DNA of 16,979 nucleotides from Myxococcota bacterium (GCA_039208735.1 JBCCQY010000186.1:1-16979), one strand, 5' to 3'; shown: positions 1 through 7,839, counted from the stretch's first letter. A program made the numbers and translations. The notes: generated by a model from the sequence alone, not told the origin.

Positions 1-877
1 CCCGCACCGCCACCGGCACCCAGGGATTGGGAGGCCGCAATGCGTAGATGCCATACGATCGGGTGACTCGGTCAGGGAGCAGTCGAACAAGCTGGCCTGA
101 CCGCAAATCGGCTTGAACGAGGAAGTTGGGCACGAGGCCCACCCCGAGCCCCGCATGGAGGGCCTCCCTCACGCCGAGCCCGGTATCGAACCGGAGCGCA
201 GCCGGGACTTCGACCATCGAAGGCTGCCCATTGACCTCGAACCACCAACGGCCCTTACGCTCACGGCCCAGCCGTTGGCCAAACACCACGCAACGGTGGT
301 GCGCCAGATCGTTCAGCCTCGTCGGGGCGCCGTGCCGCACTAGATAGTCGGGGCTTGCGCAAAGCTGCATCGACCCTTCCCCAAGGCGCACCGCGATCAG
401 GTCGCTGTCCGCGAGCTGGCCCGCAAAGGCCACCCGAAGGACAAGATCGAGTTCCTCGACCACGAGGTTTTCGACGAGGTCGCGAAACGACAGATCGAGT
501 TGCACGGAAGGATAGCGCTCTACGAATCCGGGAAGCCAGGGAACCAGGCAGCGCATGCCGAGGCTGGTGGGGGCACTCAGGCGCACCACGCCCGCCGCTT
601 CATGAACCACCGCCTCGACCGCGAGCCGCGCGTCCGTCAACGCGTCGAGACCCACCGACAGCCGCTCCGCGAAGCGACGTCCCGCGTCGGTAGGCCGCAC
701 GTGCCGGGTGGTTCGAACCAGCAGCTGGGCACCCAGCGCCTGCTCGACCCTCCGCACCGCTTTGCTAACCGCTGAGCGAGTCACGCCAAGATGGCGCGCG
801 GCAGCTGCAAAACTGCCTTCGCGAACCACCGTCTGGTAGGTGTGCAAGTCGGGGAGGGAGGTGGGGATTGGTTCCAA
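1..877 (-). CDS. LysR-family transcriptional regulator (DmlR/CrgA-like), 3' end runs off the window
   Basis: Not in the ORF track. Manual translation from TTG at 877 gives (M)EPIPTSLPDLHTYQTVVREGSFAAAARHLGVTRSAVSKAVRRVEQALGAQLLVRTTRHVRPTDAGRRF, a textbook LysR HTH. Further on, CASPDYLVRHGAPTRLNDLAHHRC is typical of the CrgA-like effector domain. An in-frame TAG shortly upstream limits the start choice. Divergent from the lactonase-like gene. Confidence 0.93.
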   Translation of the reverse strand, partial: MEPIPTSLPDLHTYQTVVREGSFAAAARHLGVTRSAVSKAVRRVEQALGAQLLVRTTRHVRPTDAGRRFAERLSVGLDALTDARLAVEAVVHEAAGVVRLSAPTSLGMRCLVPWLPGFVERYPSVQLDLSFRDLVENLVVEELDLVLRVAFAGQLADSDLIAVRLGEGSMQLCASPDYLVRHGAPTRLNDLAHHRCVVFGQRLGRERKGRWWFEVNGQPSMVEVPAALRFDTGLGVREALHAGLGVGLVPNFLVQADLRSGQLVRLLPDRVTRSYGIYALRPPNPWVPVAVR

Positions 878-889
878 GTGAGCACCAAT
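867..889. promoter_or_regulatory. LysR recognition site (T-N11-A inside an inverted repeat)
   Basis: ATTGGT-TCCAAGTGAGC-ACCAAT, with T872-N11-A884. It overlaps the LysR TTG start at the divergent junction, the canonical position for an LTTR site. Confidence 0.65.
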
Positions 890-966
890 GAGGAGCGCGA
901 CCTCCTCCTACCCCGCAGCCGTAGCCGAGCCTAGGAATGCGACGAAACCTTGGCCTGGGAGCCAAC

Positions 967-1950
967 ATGTTCGTTCGTACGATGGCACTGATCCTTGCGG
1001 GATGCACCGAACTCAGCGTCGTAAACGTCGATTTGCCACGTGAGGGACTGTTTCCTGAAGGGATTGTCAACGACGGAGAGGACAACCTCTACGTCACCGG
1101 CTTTGGCGATGGGTCGCTCCTTCGCATTTCGGCCGATGACGATTCGGTGGAGACCATCAAGGAGCCCGGTGAGGACGGACTATCGAGTGCCGTCGGCATG
1201 GCGGCGGACTCCGAACGTCGTCGCTTGTGGGTCGCGAACTTCGACTTCGACACGTTCAGCAGCGACCTTCGGGTGTTCGACCTCGACAACGGGGACCTCT
1301 TGGCCACCGTCACGCCACCCGCCGACCTCGGACCGCACTTTTTCAATGAGATGGCCTTGGGTCCGGATGGCCGTGTCTACGTGTCCGACACCCTACAACC
1401 TCGCATTTGGACGGCAGGACCGGATCTGGATTCGATGGCATCGATTCTCGTCGAGGACCCTCGGTTGGCGAATCCTGATCCCGAGCGTCCGTTTGGGCTC
1501 AACGGCCTCGCCCTCACCCCGGATGGCACCGCCCTCATCGCATCCGTCATGGACCGCATCGAACCTGGGGACGGACGATTGGTGCGGGTCGACCTCGACG
1601 GAAGCAAGGTGACCGACATCACGCTGTCTGGAGACACGGCCGAGTTCGGCGGTGGGGACGGCATCCTCTTTGATGGGAACACCCTCATCATGGTCAACGT
1701 TACGCCACCCGCGGCCATTGTGACCGCCACGTTCGGCAACGACTTCACCACCGCAGAGCTCGTAGGTCGCGACGCATTTGCCGAGGAGTTTGACCGCCCC
1801 ACGGCACCCGCCATCCGAGGACGGCGACTGTTCGTGGTGAACAGTCAACTCGATCACATCATCGATGACGGTAACGGCGCGCTGAAAACTCCGCCTGAAC
1901 TCCCATTTCAGGTGGTGGGCGTGCCCTTGCGCGAGTTGGTGAACAACTAG
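967..1950 (+). CDS. SMP-30/gluconolactonase/LRE-family beta-propeller lipoprotein
   Basis: Lipobox LAGC after MFVRTMALI. Propeller blade motifs FPEGI, FFNEMALGPDGRVYVSD, GLNGLALTPDG and GGDGI carry the E/N/N/D metal-ligand pattern of this family. ATG 967 is preferred over 937 because it gives a normal signal peptide length. Confidence 0.85.
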   Translation: MFVRTMALILAGCTELSVVNVDLPREGLFPEGIVNDGEDNLYVTGFGDGSLLRISADDDSVETIKEPGEDGLSSAVGMAADSERRRLWVANFDFDTFSSDLRVFDLDNGDLLATVTPPADLGPHFFNEMALGPDGRVYVSDTLQPRIWTAGPDLDSMASILVEDPRLANPDPERPFGLNGLALTPDGTALIASVMDRIEPGDGRLVRVDLDGSKVTDITLSGDTAEFGGGDGILFDGNTLIMVNVTPPAAIVTATFGNDFTTAELVGRDAFAEEFDRPTAPAIRGRRLFVVNSQLDHIIDDGNGALKTPPELPFQVVGVPLRELVNN

Positions 1951-1951
1951 G

Positions 1952-1969
1952 TCATCCAGGCCTGGATGA
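1952..1969. terminator. Perfect 18-bp palindrome right after the stop codon; probable terminator hairpin or operator
   Basis: TCATCCAGGCCTGGATGA is its own reverse complement and is followed by the T-rich GATTATTCTT. Confidence 0.5.
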
Positions 1970-1976
1970 GATTATT

Positions 1977-1998
1977 CTTCACCAAGGCTTCTCCAAGG
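1977..1998 (+). promoter_or_regulatory. 11-bp tandem direct-repeat operator, copy 1
   Basis: CTTCACCAAGG CTTCTCCAAGG, ending 43 nt before ATG 2042. A matching element sits at 3281-3302 on the minus strand. Confidence 0.7.
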
Positions 1999-2041
1999 TT
2001 CGGCCCGAGGCGTTCGCTAATCGGGTCGTACGGAGAACACC

Positions 2042-2497
2042 ATGCAAACGACCCTCAAGACGCTGCTCCTCACCACCGCCGTTGGCTGTGGAGGCGGAAG
2101 CATTCCCGATGAACAGAACTGGTCGATGACCTATGCCGGCTTCACCAGCGGCGAAATCGAGGGTGCCTCGGCGATGGTGACCGGCCTCTCGAGTGCACCA
2201 AGCGTAGCCCTGCAGATCTCGGCCCTCGACATCCTCAGCGACGATGGTGCACTCGTGACACTAAACACGGTTGTACTCAACCGATTCACCTTCGACTATG
2301 CAGCAAACGGCATTACAGGGTGCGTGGCGGAACCTCTGATCGAAGGACAGGACGACCCCGTCGTCGAGATTCTGGTCGACACCGAGGAGTGGGTTTCAGG
2401 TACCTTTGCCGGCACCATGAACTGCGACGGCGGCGACCTCGACGTGCAAGGCATGTTCGATGCAGAGAAGATCGCCGTCATCGACGCCGGAACCTGA
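2042..2497 (+). CDS. Hypothetical lipoprotein (acidic, predicted beta-rich)
   Basis: SD GGAG upstream of the ATG, signal peptide MQTTLKTLLLTTAVG|C, GC-rich third codon positions. No family recognised. Confidence 0.8.
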   Translation: MQTTLKTLLLTTAVGCGGGSIPDEQNWSMTYAGFTSGEIEGASAMVTGLSSAPSVALQISALDILSDDGALVTLNTVVLNRFTFDYAANGITGCVAEPLIEGQDDPVVEILVDTEEWVSGTFAGTMNCDGGDLDVQGMFDAEKIAVIDAGT

Positions 2498-2508
2498 ACC
2501 GAGGACGC

Positions 2509-3237
2509 TCAGAGGGCTCGCTGCCATCCCAGGACGGAACGACCCGAGAGTTCGAGTTCAACCACGTTTCCTGAACCATCGGAGGCTGACACAGAGGCCT
2601 CCAAGTCGATCTGACCCGCCCACGTCTCGCACAGCTGGGCCGCATCGGAAAAGCAACTCGCCTGGTAGGGCATCGTTGTACCATCGTAGTTCGAAAAGGT
2701 CACCGCGGCGTCCGTCACTTGGATCCCATCGATCTGCAGCACGGTGACTGGCATACTGTTCATCAGCCCTACGAAGTCTGCACTGGCCCGTGAAGAAATC
2801 AGGACGGGCTGAAGCGAAGTCGTGCCGCCAGCGGTCGGGACGTCGCGGTCGGTGCCTGCGAAATCGAGCTGGGCCACGATGGCCACGGTCTCGGCGTCGG
2901 TGGTCGAACCATCCACCTGGCCCAAGGTGAGCTGGACGATGGCGTCCGTGTCCCCTTCTTCGTAGGTGACGCCCACGGCCGCACCGTCGAGCGCGATCTG
3001 CTTCATCTGGGTGACCGGCGTGCCGTTGAGTTCGTTGGTCGCGGTGATGGTGTATGTCGCGGTACCGTTGTCGCCGCCTGGCGTCGGGGTCCCCGTATCG
3101 GTAGCGGTCATGCCCGTAGGCCCTGCGTTCCCGGTGTCCTCACCGGTCGATGGGGTACCGGTCTCGCCTCCCATGGGTTCCTCAGAATCCGAGGTTCCCA
3201 TGCAGGCGATCGCAAATAGGGTCCAGGCCAAACTCAT
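2509..3237 (-). CDS. Hypothetical lipoprotein with Gly/Thr/Pro-rich tether
   Basis: SD GGAGG 4 nt upstream of the ATG, MSLAWTLFAIA|C lipobox, then a low-complexity linker and a beta-rich domain. Confidence 0.8.
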   Translation of the reverse strand: MSLAWTLFAIACMGTSDSEEPMGGETGTPSTGEDTGNAGPTGMTATDTGTPTPGGDNGTATYTITATNELNGTPVTQMKQIALDGAAVGVTYEEGDTDAIVQLTLGQVDGSTTDAETVAIVAQLDFAGTDRDVPTAGGTTSLQPVLISSRASADFVGLMNSMPVTVLQIDGIQVTDAAVTFSNYDGTTMPYQASCFSDAAQLCETWAGQIDLEASVSASDGSGNVVELELSGRSVLGWQRAL

Positions 3238-3280
3238 GCTGCCTCCAATGCAACGCGTCTAAGCGCTTGATGGTCGGAGG

Positions 3281-3302
3281 CCTTGAGGAAGCGTTGGAGA
3301 AG
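3281..3302 (-). promoter_or_regulatory. 11-bp tandem direct-repeat operator, copy 2
   Basis: Minus strand reads CTTCTCCAACG CTTCCTCAAGG, ending 43 nt before ATG 3237. A degenerate third unit (..CCAAGA) precedes it. Confidence 0.7.
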
Positions 3303-3329
3303 TCTTGGCCTGTCGGGTGGGGGTGATCC

Positions 3330-5900
3330 CTACTGCAAGCCGGTGATGCGCACGTCGTCGATAGCGATGTCCTCGTCGCCCGCATTGACGCTCACGACCA
3401 GCTGCAGCTCGAGGGTCGAGCCCGTGCCGTTGATGGGAAACGTGAACGTCTGCGCCGTCGGCATCAACGCATCACCGTCGCCCAGGCCATCACCATCCGT
3501 GTCGAGCTGGAACGCCGTGTTCGTGCCCGAGCCGCTGAACTCAGCCACCGTAATCGGCGCGCCGCCGTCGAAGATGGCGTCAATCCGCAAGAAGTCCGAA
3601 TCGTCAATGTCCTGGTTTTTGTCGAACATCGCCGAGGCCTCGGCTAGCGAAATCGACAGCTCAAGGTCGGTCACGCCGGTCACGTCAAGGGCACCCCAGC
3701 TGAACGTCGCCGGCAGGACAAGGCCTTCGCCGTCGATGTCCATCATCTGCAACACGCTGTCGTCGAAGCCCGAGTAGTCGAGCATGGCCGTGGGGAGTAC
3801 GCCCATGCCGTAGTCGCCCATCGTCAGGGCCGTGTCGCCGATTCCGCAGTAGTCGAAGCTGCCATCCGAGAAGAAGTCGGCCGCAACGCCATTGCCATCG
3901 GTAAAGGTAAAGGCGTTCGCGTCGACAAACGACTCATCGAGGATCGAGATCGAAACCGGGGGCGGGGTCAGGCCACCTGCAGGGATGACCTCGAAGATGG
4001 AGACCGTGCCGCTCACCTCATTGCCGACAATGAGAATGGGCGTGCTCGTGAAGCTGTCCGCCGCCGAGACGAACACGATGCTCTCGGGTCCGAGGTCCGG
4101 CACGTTGGCGCCACCGTTGAGCACCACCGTCTCAAGTTCCGACTCGCCAAGCGTCAAGTCGCGCGAGGTGAAGCCCTCGATGTAGGTCACAAAGGTGGAC
4201 ACCGCGGGCACGGTCACGTCGTAGACCATGATGCCCCCCATGCGCTCAAGGCCGATGAACGCGTAGGTACGTCCTTCGACCTCACCCACCGCAATCGCCT
4301 CCGGCTCGGGGCCCTTTGCGTCCGATCGGCTGTCCGCGTCGCCTTCGGTGTTGTCGTTGTTGAAGTCCGTTCCGAAGCGCTGAGCCGTGATGACTTCGAA
4401 GTCGTTGCCGCTGTCGAAGACCAAGTCGCCCGTCGCCGCGTCCCAGATGGAGAAGGACCGCCCGCCGAAGACCCAAAGCTCGTCGTAGTCGCCGTCGCCG
4501 TCAAGGTCACCGTTGATCGTCGATGCGGCCAGACGGCCGATCCCCGACTCACCCTGGAGGATGGCCGCGTTGGGGAAGGCGGTCGGGTCAAGGGTGAGAT
4601 CGTCGATGCGATCTTCGTCTTCGAGTTCGCTGCCGTCACCGAACTCCAAGGTCCGGCCATCGCCTTCGTTGGCCGTCACAAGGTACCGACGGTTGTTGAC
4701 GACGTAGCTCGCGATCGTGTCGGGCTGGTACATCCCGAACACCGGCCAGTCGCGAATGTTGACCGCCGCCTCTCCGTCGATGCCGTCGCGGTCGCTACCG
4801 TCGAGACCACACAGGATGTCGGAGTGGTCCTTGAGGCCGAGGCCAATGATCGACGAAACGGTGGCCGAAGCCACGTCGACGATGGCCAGCGCATTGTTCT
4901 CCTGGAGCGTCACCCAGGCGGTGGTCCCGTCCGTGGTGATGTACTCGGGCTCGAGGTCCTGGGCGACGGTGCTCGCGTAGCCCAGACCCTGGTTCGGGAG
5001 CCGAATGCCCTGGGCGGCAAGCGCAGCTTCCTGGCCGTTGAACCCAGTGAAGTCGGCCGTCTGGGTCACGACGGCGGTGTAATCACCATTGGTGGGCACG
5101 GTGACGACCGTCACGCTGCCTTCGGGGTCGGTCAGTGGGTCCGCCGAGGTCTGGCCCGAGGTGTTCTCAGCCTCGTTCGCCACCAGCAAGGCGCTTCCGT
5201 CGGGCGTGAACACGACGTTATCAGGGTTCGCACCTACTTCGACCGCACCGAGGTAGGTGGCCGTGTCCAAGTCATAGAACGCCACCACACCGGGATCCGT
5301 CACGGGATCGGCTGCGATCGCCACGGCCATGAGGTCACCCGAGATGTCCAGGCTGTTGGCCGCATCGAGCGTGCTCGTGGTGGCCGCCGCCGCATCGGTC
5401 GCCGGATCGAAGTCGATGCTCGTGGTGCTGGTTCCAAGCTCGAACTCGCCGATGCCCGAAACCGTTCCCGCCGCCGAATTCACAAAGTAGATTTCTCCGA
5501 GACGCGTGTAGTACTCCACGATCTCAGCCCCGCCATCATCGAACGCCTGGGTCTCGAACCGGCCAAACGGAAGGAGCGAGACCGCTTCGGTGCCCACGGA
5601 CTGGGCGGGAAGCGTCTTGCAGTCGGCAAGCAAGTTCGATCCTTCCGCATCTTGGCCAGGCGCACCCTGGGGACCTTCGGGGCCCTCAGGACCTTGGGGG
5701 CCTTCGGGGCCCTGGGGACCCTCGGGGCCCGCCGCACCGGGGTCACCGGCCGGACCGGCCGGTCCCACGTCGCCCGCATCACCCGCATCGCCAGCCGGAC
5801 CCGTCGGTCCCGCCTCACCTTGGGGGCCCTGGGGTCCTTCGGGACCCTCGCAGGCGGTGGTCAGCAGTGCCAGTGAAAAAAGCATGGTCAAACGACCCAT
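3330..5900 (-). CDS. Lipoprotein with collagen-like stalk, choice-of-anchor-I beta-propeller domain (often annotated alkaline-phosphatase-like) and a C-terminal beta-sandwich domain
   Basis: Lipobox TTAC and 22 Gly-X-Y triplets. Hallmark choice-of-anchor-I motifs: [93 protein letters not shown] and [15 protein letters not shown] upstream. Confidence 0.9.
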   Translation of the reverse strand: MGRLTMLFSLALLTTACEGPEGPQGPQGEAGPTGPAGDAGDAGDVGPAGPAGDPGAAGPEGPQGPEGPQGPEGPEGPQGAPGQDAEGSNLLADCKTLPAQSVGTEAVSLLPFGRFETQAFDDGGAEIVEYYTRLGEIYFVNSAAGTVSGIGEFELGTSTTSIDFDPATDAAAATTSTLDAANSLDISGDLMAVAIAADPVTDPGVVAFYDLDTATYLGAVEVGANPDNVVFTPDGSALLVANEAENTSGQTSADPLTDPEGSVTVVTVPTNGDYTAVVTQTADFTGFNGQEAALAAQGIRLPNQGLGYASTVAQDLEPEYITTDGTTAWVTLQENNALAIVDVASATVSSIIGLGLKDHSDILCGLDGSDRDGIDGEAAVNIRDWPVFGMYQPDTIASYVVNNRRYLVTANEGDGRTLEFGDGSELEDEDRIDDLTLDPTAFPNAAILQGESGIGRLAASTINGDLDGDGDYDELWVFGGRSFSIWDAATGDLVFDSGNDFEVITAQRFGTDFNNDNTEGDADSRSDAKGPEPEAIAVGEVEGRTYAFIGLERMGGIMVYDVTVPAVSTFVTYIEGFTSRDLTLGESELETVVLNGGANVPDLGPESIVFVSAADSFTSTPILIVGNEVSGTVSIFEVIPAGGLTPPPVSISILDESFVDANAFTFTDGNGVAADFFSDGSFDYCGIGDTALTMGDYGMGVLPTAMLDYSGFDDSVLQMMDIDGEGLVLPATFSWGALDVTGVTDLELSISLAEASAMFDKNQDIDDSDFLRIDAIFDGGAPITVAEFSGSGTNTAFQLDTDGDGLGDGDALMPTAQTFTFPINGTGSTLELQLVVSVNAGDEDIAIDDVRITGLQ
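5649..5846 (-). repeat. Collagen-like Gly-X-Y repeat (22 triplets; [12 protein letters not shown] units)
   Basis: Direct translation of residues 19-84. The 9-nt periodic repeats are visible in the DNA. Confidence 0.95.
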
Positions 5901-6419
5901 CTACATCCTCCGCAGCTCGCTTTGGGTCGTGCAGTGAATCAGACGGTCGCAACATTGGCCTTTACACAACTGTCGAATCCGGCGGAAAGCCAGAATGTGG
6001 CCCCGTCCATTCCCTTCAATTCCCGTTCTTCGAGACGGGATCATCCCCGATCGAGGGTGGCGCCGCCACGCATCGCGAACGATGCGGTAACCGCCATTCT
6101 CATGCTTCAGACCAAACATTGCCGACAGAGAAGATCTCCGGTTCTCGAGTAGAGCGATCGGGTAGACCCGATCCGAGTTGCAACGGTCTCCTCACGGACC
6201 GCGACACAAGACCGTCACCCACCGCTGATTTGCCAATTTGCGCATTTAGCAAGTTGGCACTCGACATTCTCTTGGCATTGGCACCGTCGCCAAATCGACA
6301 GCTAGACCCCAGATCTCCTTGACTCTCGACGAGGACGAACGGTTCAACATTCGCGACGGCATCCTGGCCACCGGCTGGACAGTTCGTTAGGCCCGTGGCG
6401 CCCTCTGGGCGTAGGAGAC

Positions 6420-6638
6420 ATGATGCTTAAGTTTGCCCCCGTTTTCCTGTTCGTTCTTGCCGCCTGCGGCGGTTCCACCCGCGTTGACGAGTGCGAGGTC
6501 GATGGTTGCGACCAGGCCGTCGTCGATGTCTGCACGGCCGCGGTGGATGCCTGCGAAGAAGTCGGTGGCCCCCTCGAGGGCACCTGCGTCGACGCAGCTG
6601 TCGCAGCGAACGACATCTCCTGCGCCGTCGAGAACTAA
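6420..6638 (+). CDS. Small cysteine-rich lipoprotein (72 aa)
   Basis: SD AGGAG, lipobox LAAC, six further Cys in an acidic mature peptide, and a strong hairpin downstream. Confidence 0.85.
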   Translation: MMLKFAPVFLFVLAACGGSTRVDECEVDGCDQAVVDVCTAAVDACEEVGGPLEGTCVDAAVAANDISCAVEN

Positions 6639-6653
6639 GCACCGCAAGAGATG

Positions 6654-6698
6654 GGTGAGGTCGCGGCGGACGGCCATCGCGACCTCACCATCCGTTTT
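6654..6698 (+). terminator. Probable intrinsic terminator
   Basis: Perfect 12-bp stem GGTGAGGTCGCG (6654-6665) / CGCGACCTCACC (6678-6689), followed by ATCCGTTTT, just after the small lipoprotein stop. Confidence 0.65.
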
Positions 6699-6711
6699 CG
6701 GAGCCCTTCCG

Positions 6712-6738
6712 GGTCACATGGACCTGCGGGATCTCGTC
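6712..6738 (+). promoter_or_regulatory. ECF-type promoter resembling the ECF41 consensus
   Basis: GGTCACA-N16-CGTC compared with the ECF41 consensus TGTCACA-N16-CGTC. It ends 21 nt before the ATG of the ECF sigma gene. Confidence 0.6.
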
Positions 6739-6759
6739 TTCTCTGTCACAGGAGGACGC

Positions 6760-7143
6760 ATGGCTTCGATCAACCTGACGTCGACCGTAGCGGCGGCGAT
6801 GCAAGGCAACTCCCAGGCCTTCAGTGCGCTGGTGAGCCAGGTACAGCGGATGGTGTTCGCAGTGGTGGAGGCGCGTCTTCGTCATCCGCCCACCAGCGAA
6901 GAGATCACGCAAGATGTGCTGTTTGAGGCTTGGACTCGAATCCGGCAGCTCCGGCGGCCGGAGAGCTTTCTACCTTGGCTTCGCCAAATGGCCCGGACGC
7001 GAAGCATCGACTGGCAACGGAGTCCGCTCACAACTCACGTGGTGGAAGGCCATGGACGCCGCTCCGCCCGCAGGACCCCTCCCCAAGCCCGATGTGGGAC
7101 AACAGCTCGATCAGGCGGGAGCCATCGTCGATCGATTTCCTGA
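6760..7143 (+). pseudogene. Truncated ECF sigma factor: region 2 only, no region 4
   Basis: SD GGAGG then MASINLTSTVAAAMQGNSQAFSALVSQVQRMVFAVV..SEEITQDVLFEAWTRIRQLRRPESFLPWLRQMARTRSIDWQR, a clear sigma region 1.2/2. After about nt 7023 this frame turns into Arg-rich off-frame-like sequence and stops at 7143. Confidence 0.75.
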
Positions 7144-7801
7144 ACATCCCGTTGCCGATCATGCTTGGCTTTACGTGCTCGACGGGTTGTCGAGGCACCC
7201 TGACGATCCGCTCGTCGTTGACGCAACCTTGAACATCCTGTCGTCCACAACCGACCCCCTGGTGCAAACCCACGCCGCACGACTGTTGGGGAACCTCGAC
7301 TACCGGACGATCCCCTTGGACGATCTCGACAGGGTCGCTGCCGCCATTCCATTGGTCGACAAACCGACGGAACGGTACAACCTGGCCCGGCTCGGGCTGT
7401 CCGTGACCTTGGACCAGCGTGCATTCGACGCGGCCCCCAAGTGGGCCGACCGCCTCGCGTCCACGGTGGAGGAGATCTGCGGGGGCGATTGGCCGGTGGC
7501 TTTGTGCGAAGCGGCCCGTCAGATCCGTGACAGTTCATCGAGCTGGCTCACCGCCCATCACTCCGTCCGTGCTACGTCCTGGACCGCCGCCACAGGAGCT
7601 TTGGCCCACCGCTGTCACCTCGATGGGGAAGTCTTGTCCGCCTCATTGACCGGCGAAGGTGCATGGGACGGCAAGGCCTGGTCATGGTCGCGCTGGAAAG
7701 GCCCTCGGTCCATGCGTCGTTGCATCGCATCCAAGACCGCCTTTGAGCCACTCCCCCCAGTGGGTGCACGGATCACGCTCTCTGTGTTGCCTGCGCGGTA
7801 G
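7052..7801 (+). CDS. Helical-repeat-like (TPR/HEAT) protein or orphaned C-terminal extension of the ECF sigma
   Basis: The +1 frame relative to the sigma ORF becomes protein-like from about nt 7025. IVDRFPEHPVADHAWLYVL resembles a TPR turn, and two Cys pairs lie near the C-terminus. The start (ATG 7052) is uncertain and overlaps the sigma ORF. Confidence 0.55.
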   Translation: MDAAPPAGPLPKPDVGQQLDQAGAIVDRFPEHPVADHAWLYVLDGLSRHPDDPLVVDATLNILSSTTDPLVQTHAARLLGNLDYRTIPLDDLDRVAAAIPLVDKPTERYNLARLGLSVTLDQRAFDAAPKWADRLASTVEEICGGDWPVALCEAARQIRDSSSSWLTAHHSVRATSWTAATGALAHRCHLDGEVLSASLTGEGAWDGKAWSWSRWKGPRSMRRCIASKTAFEPLPPVGARITLSVLPAR

Positions 7802-7839
7802 GCCTTGCGTCGGCGAGCGGGGTAAACCAGCGGGATCCG

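Noticed and set aside
376..386. CTTCCCCAAGG, a match to the 11-bp repeat unit
   Set aside because: Single copy inside the LysR coding sequence, not tandem; probably chance.
5649..5846. Periodic DNA repeats as a CRISPR array or non-coding VNTR
   Set aside because: Fully explained by the collagen Gly-X-Y codons; there are no spacers or cas genes.
4824..5876. Long antisense ORFs in the track (for example 4824-5876 +, 8491-9366 +, 11342-12022 -)
   Set aside because: These are shadow frames of real genes in high-GC DNA, Arg/Gly-rich and without motifs.
5960..5980. Pho-box-like CTTTACACAA CTGTCGAATC upstream of the choice-of-anchor gene
   Set aside because: Weak match with 10-nt periodicity, in the orientation opposite to the gene.
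5930..6030. Cobalamin riboswitch hinted at by AATCCG and AAGCCAGAA words
   Set aside because: The conserved core elements are missing or in the wrong order and orientation.
6254..6280. CIRCE (HrcA) element suggested by TTGGCACTC
   Set aside because: Only the left half-site is present. After 9 nt the sequence is TTGGCATTG rather than GAGTGCTAA, and no chaperone gene is adjacent.
6255..6294. Sigma-54 promoters at TGGCAC words
   Set aside because: None has the GC dinucleotide at the required -12 spacing.
6433..6759. N-terminal extension of the 6433-7143 ORF
   Set aside because: It overlaps the small lipoprotein, terminator and promoter. Sigma homology and the SD place the start at 6760.
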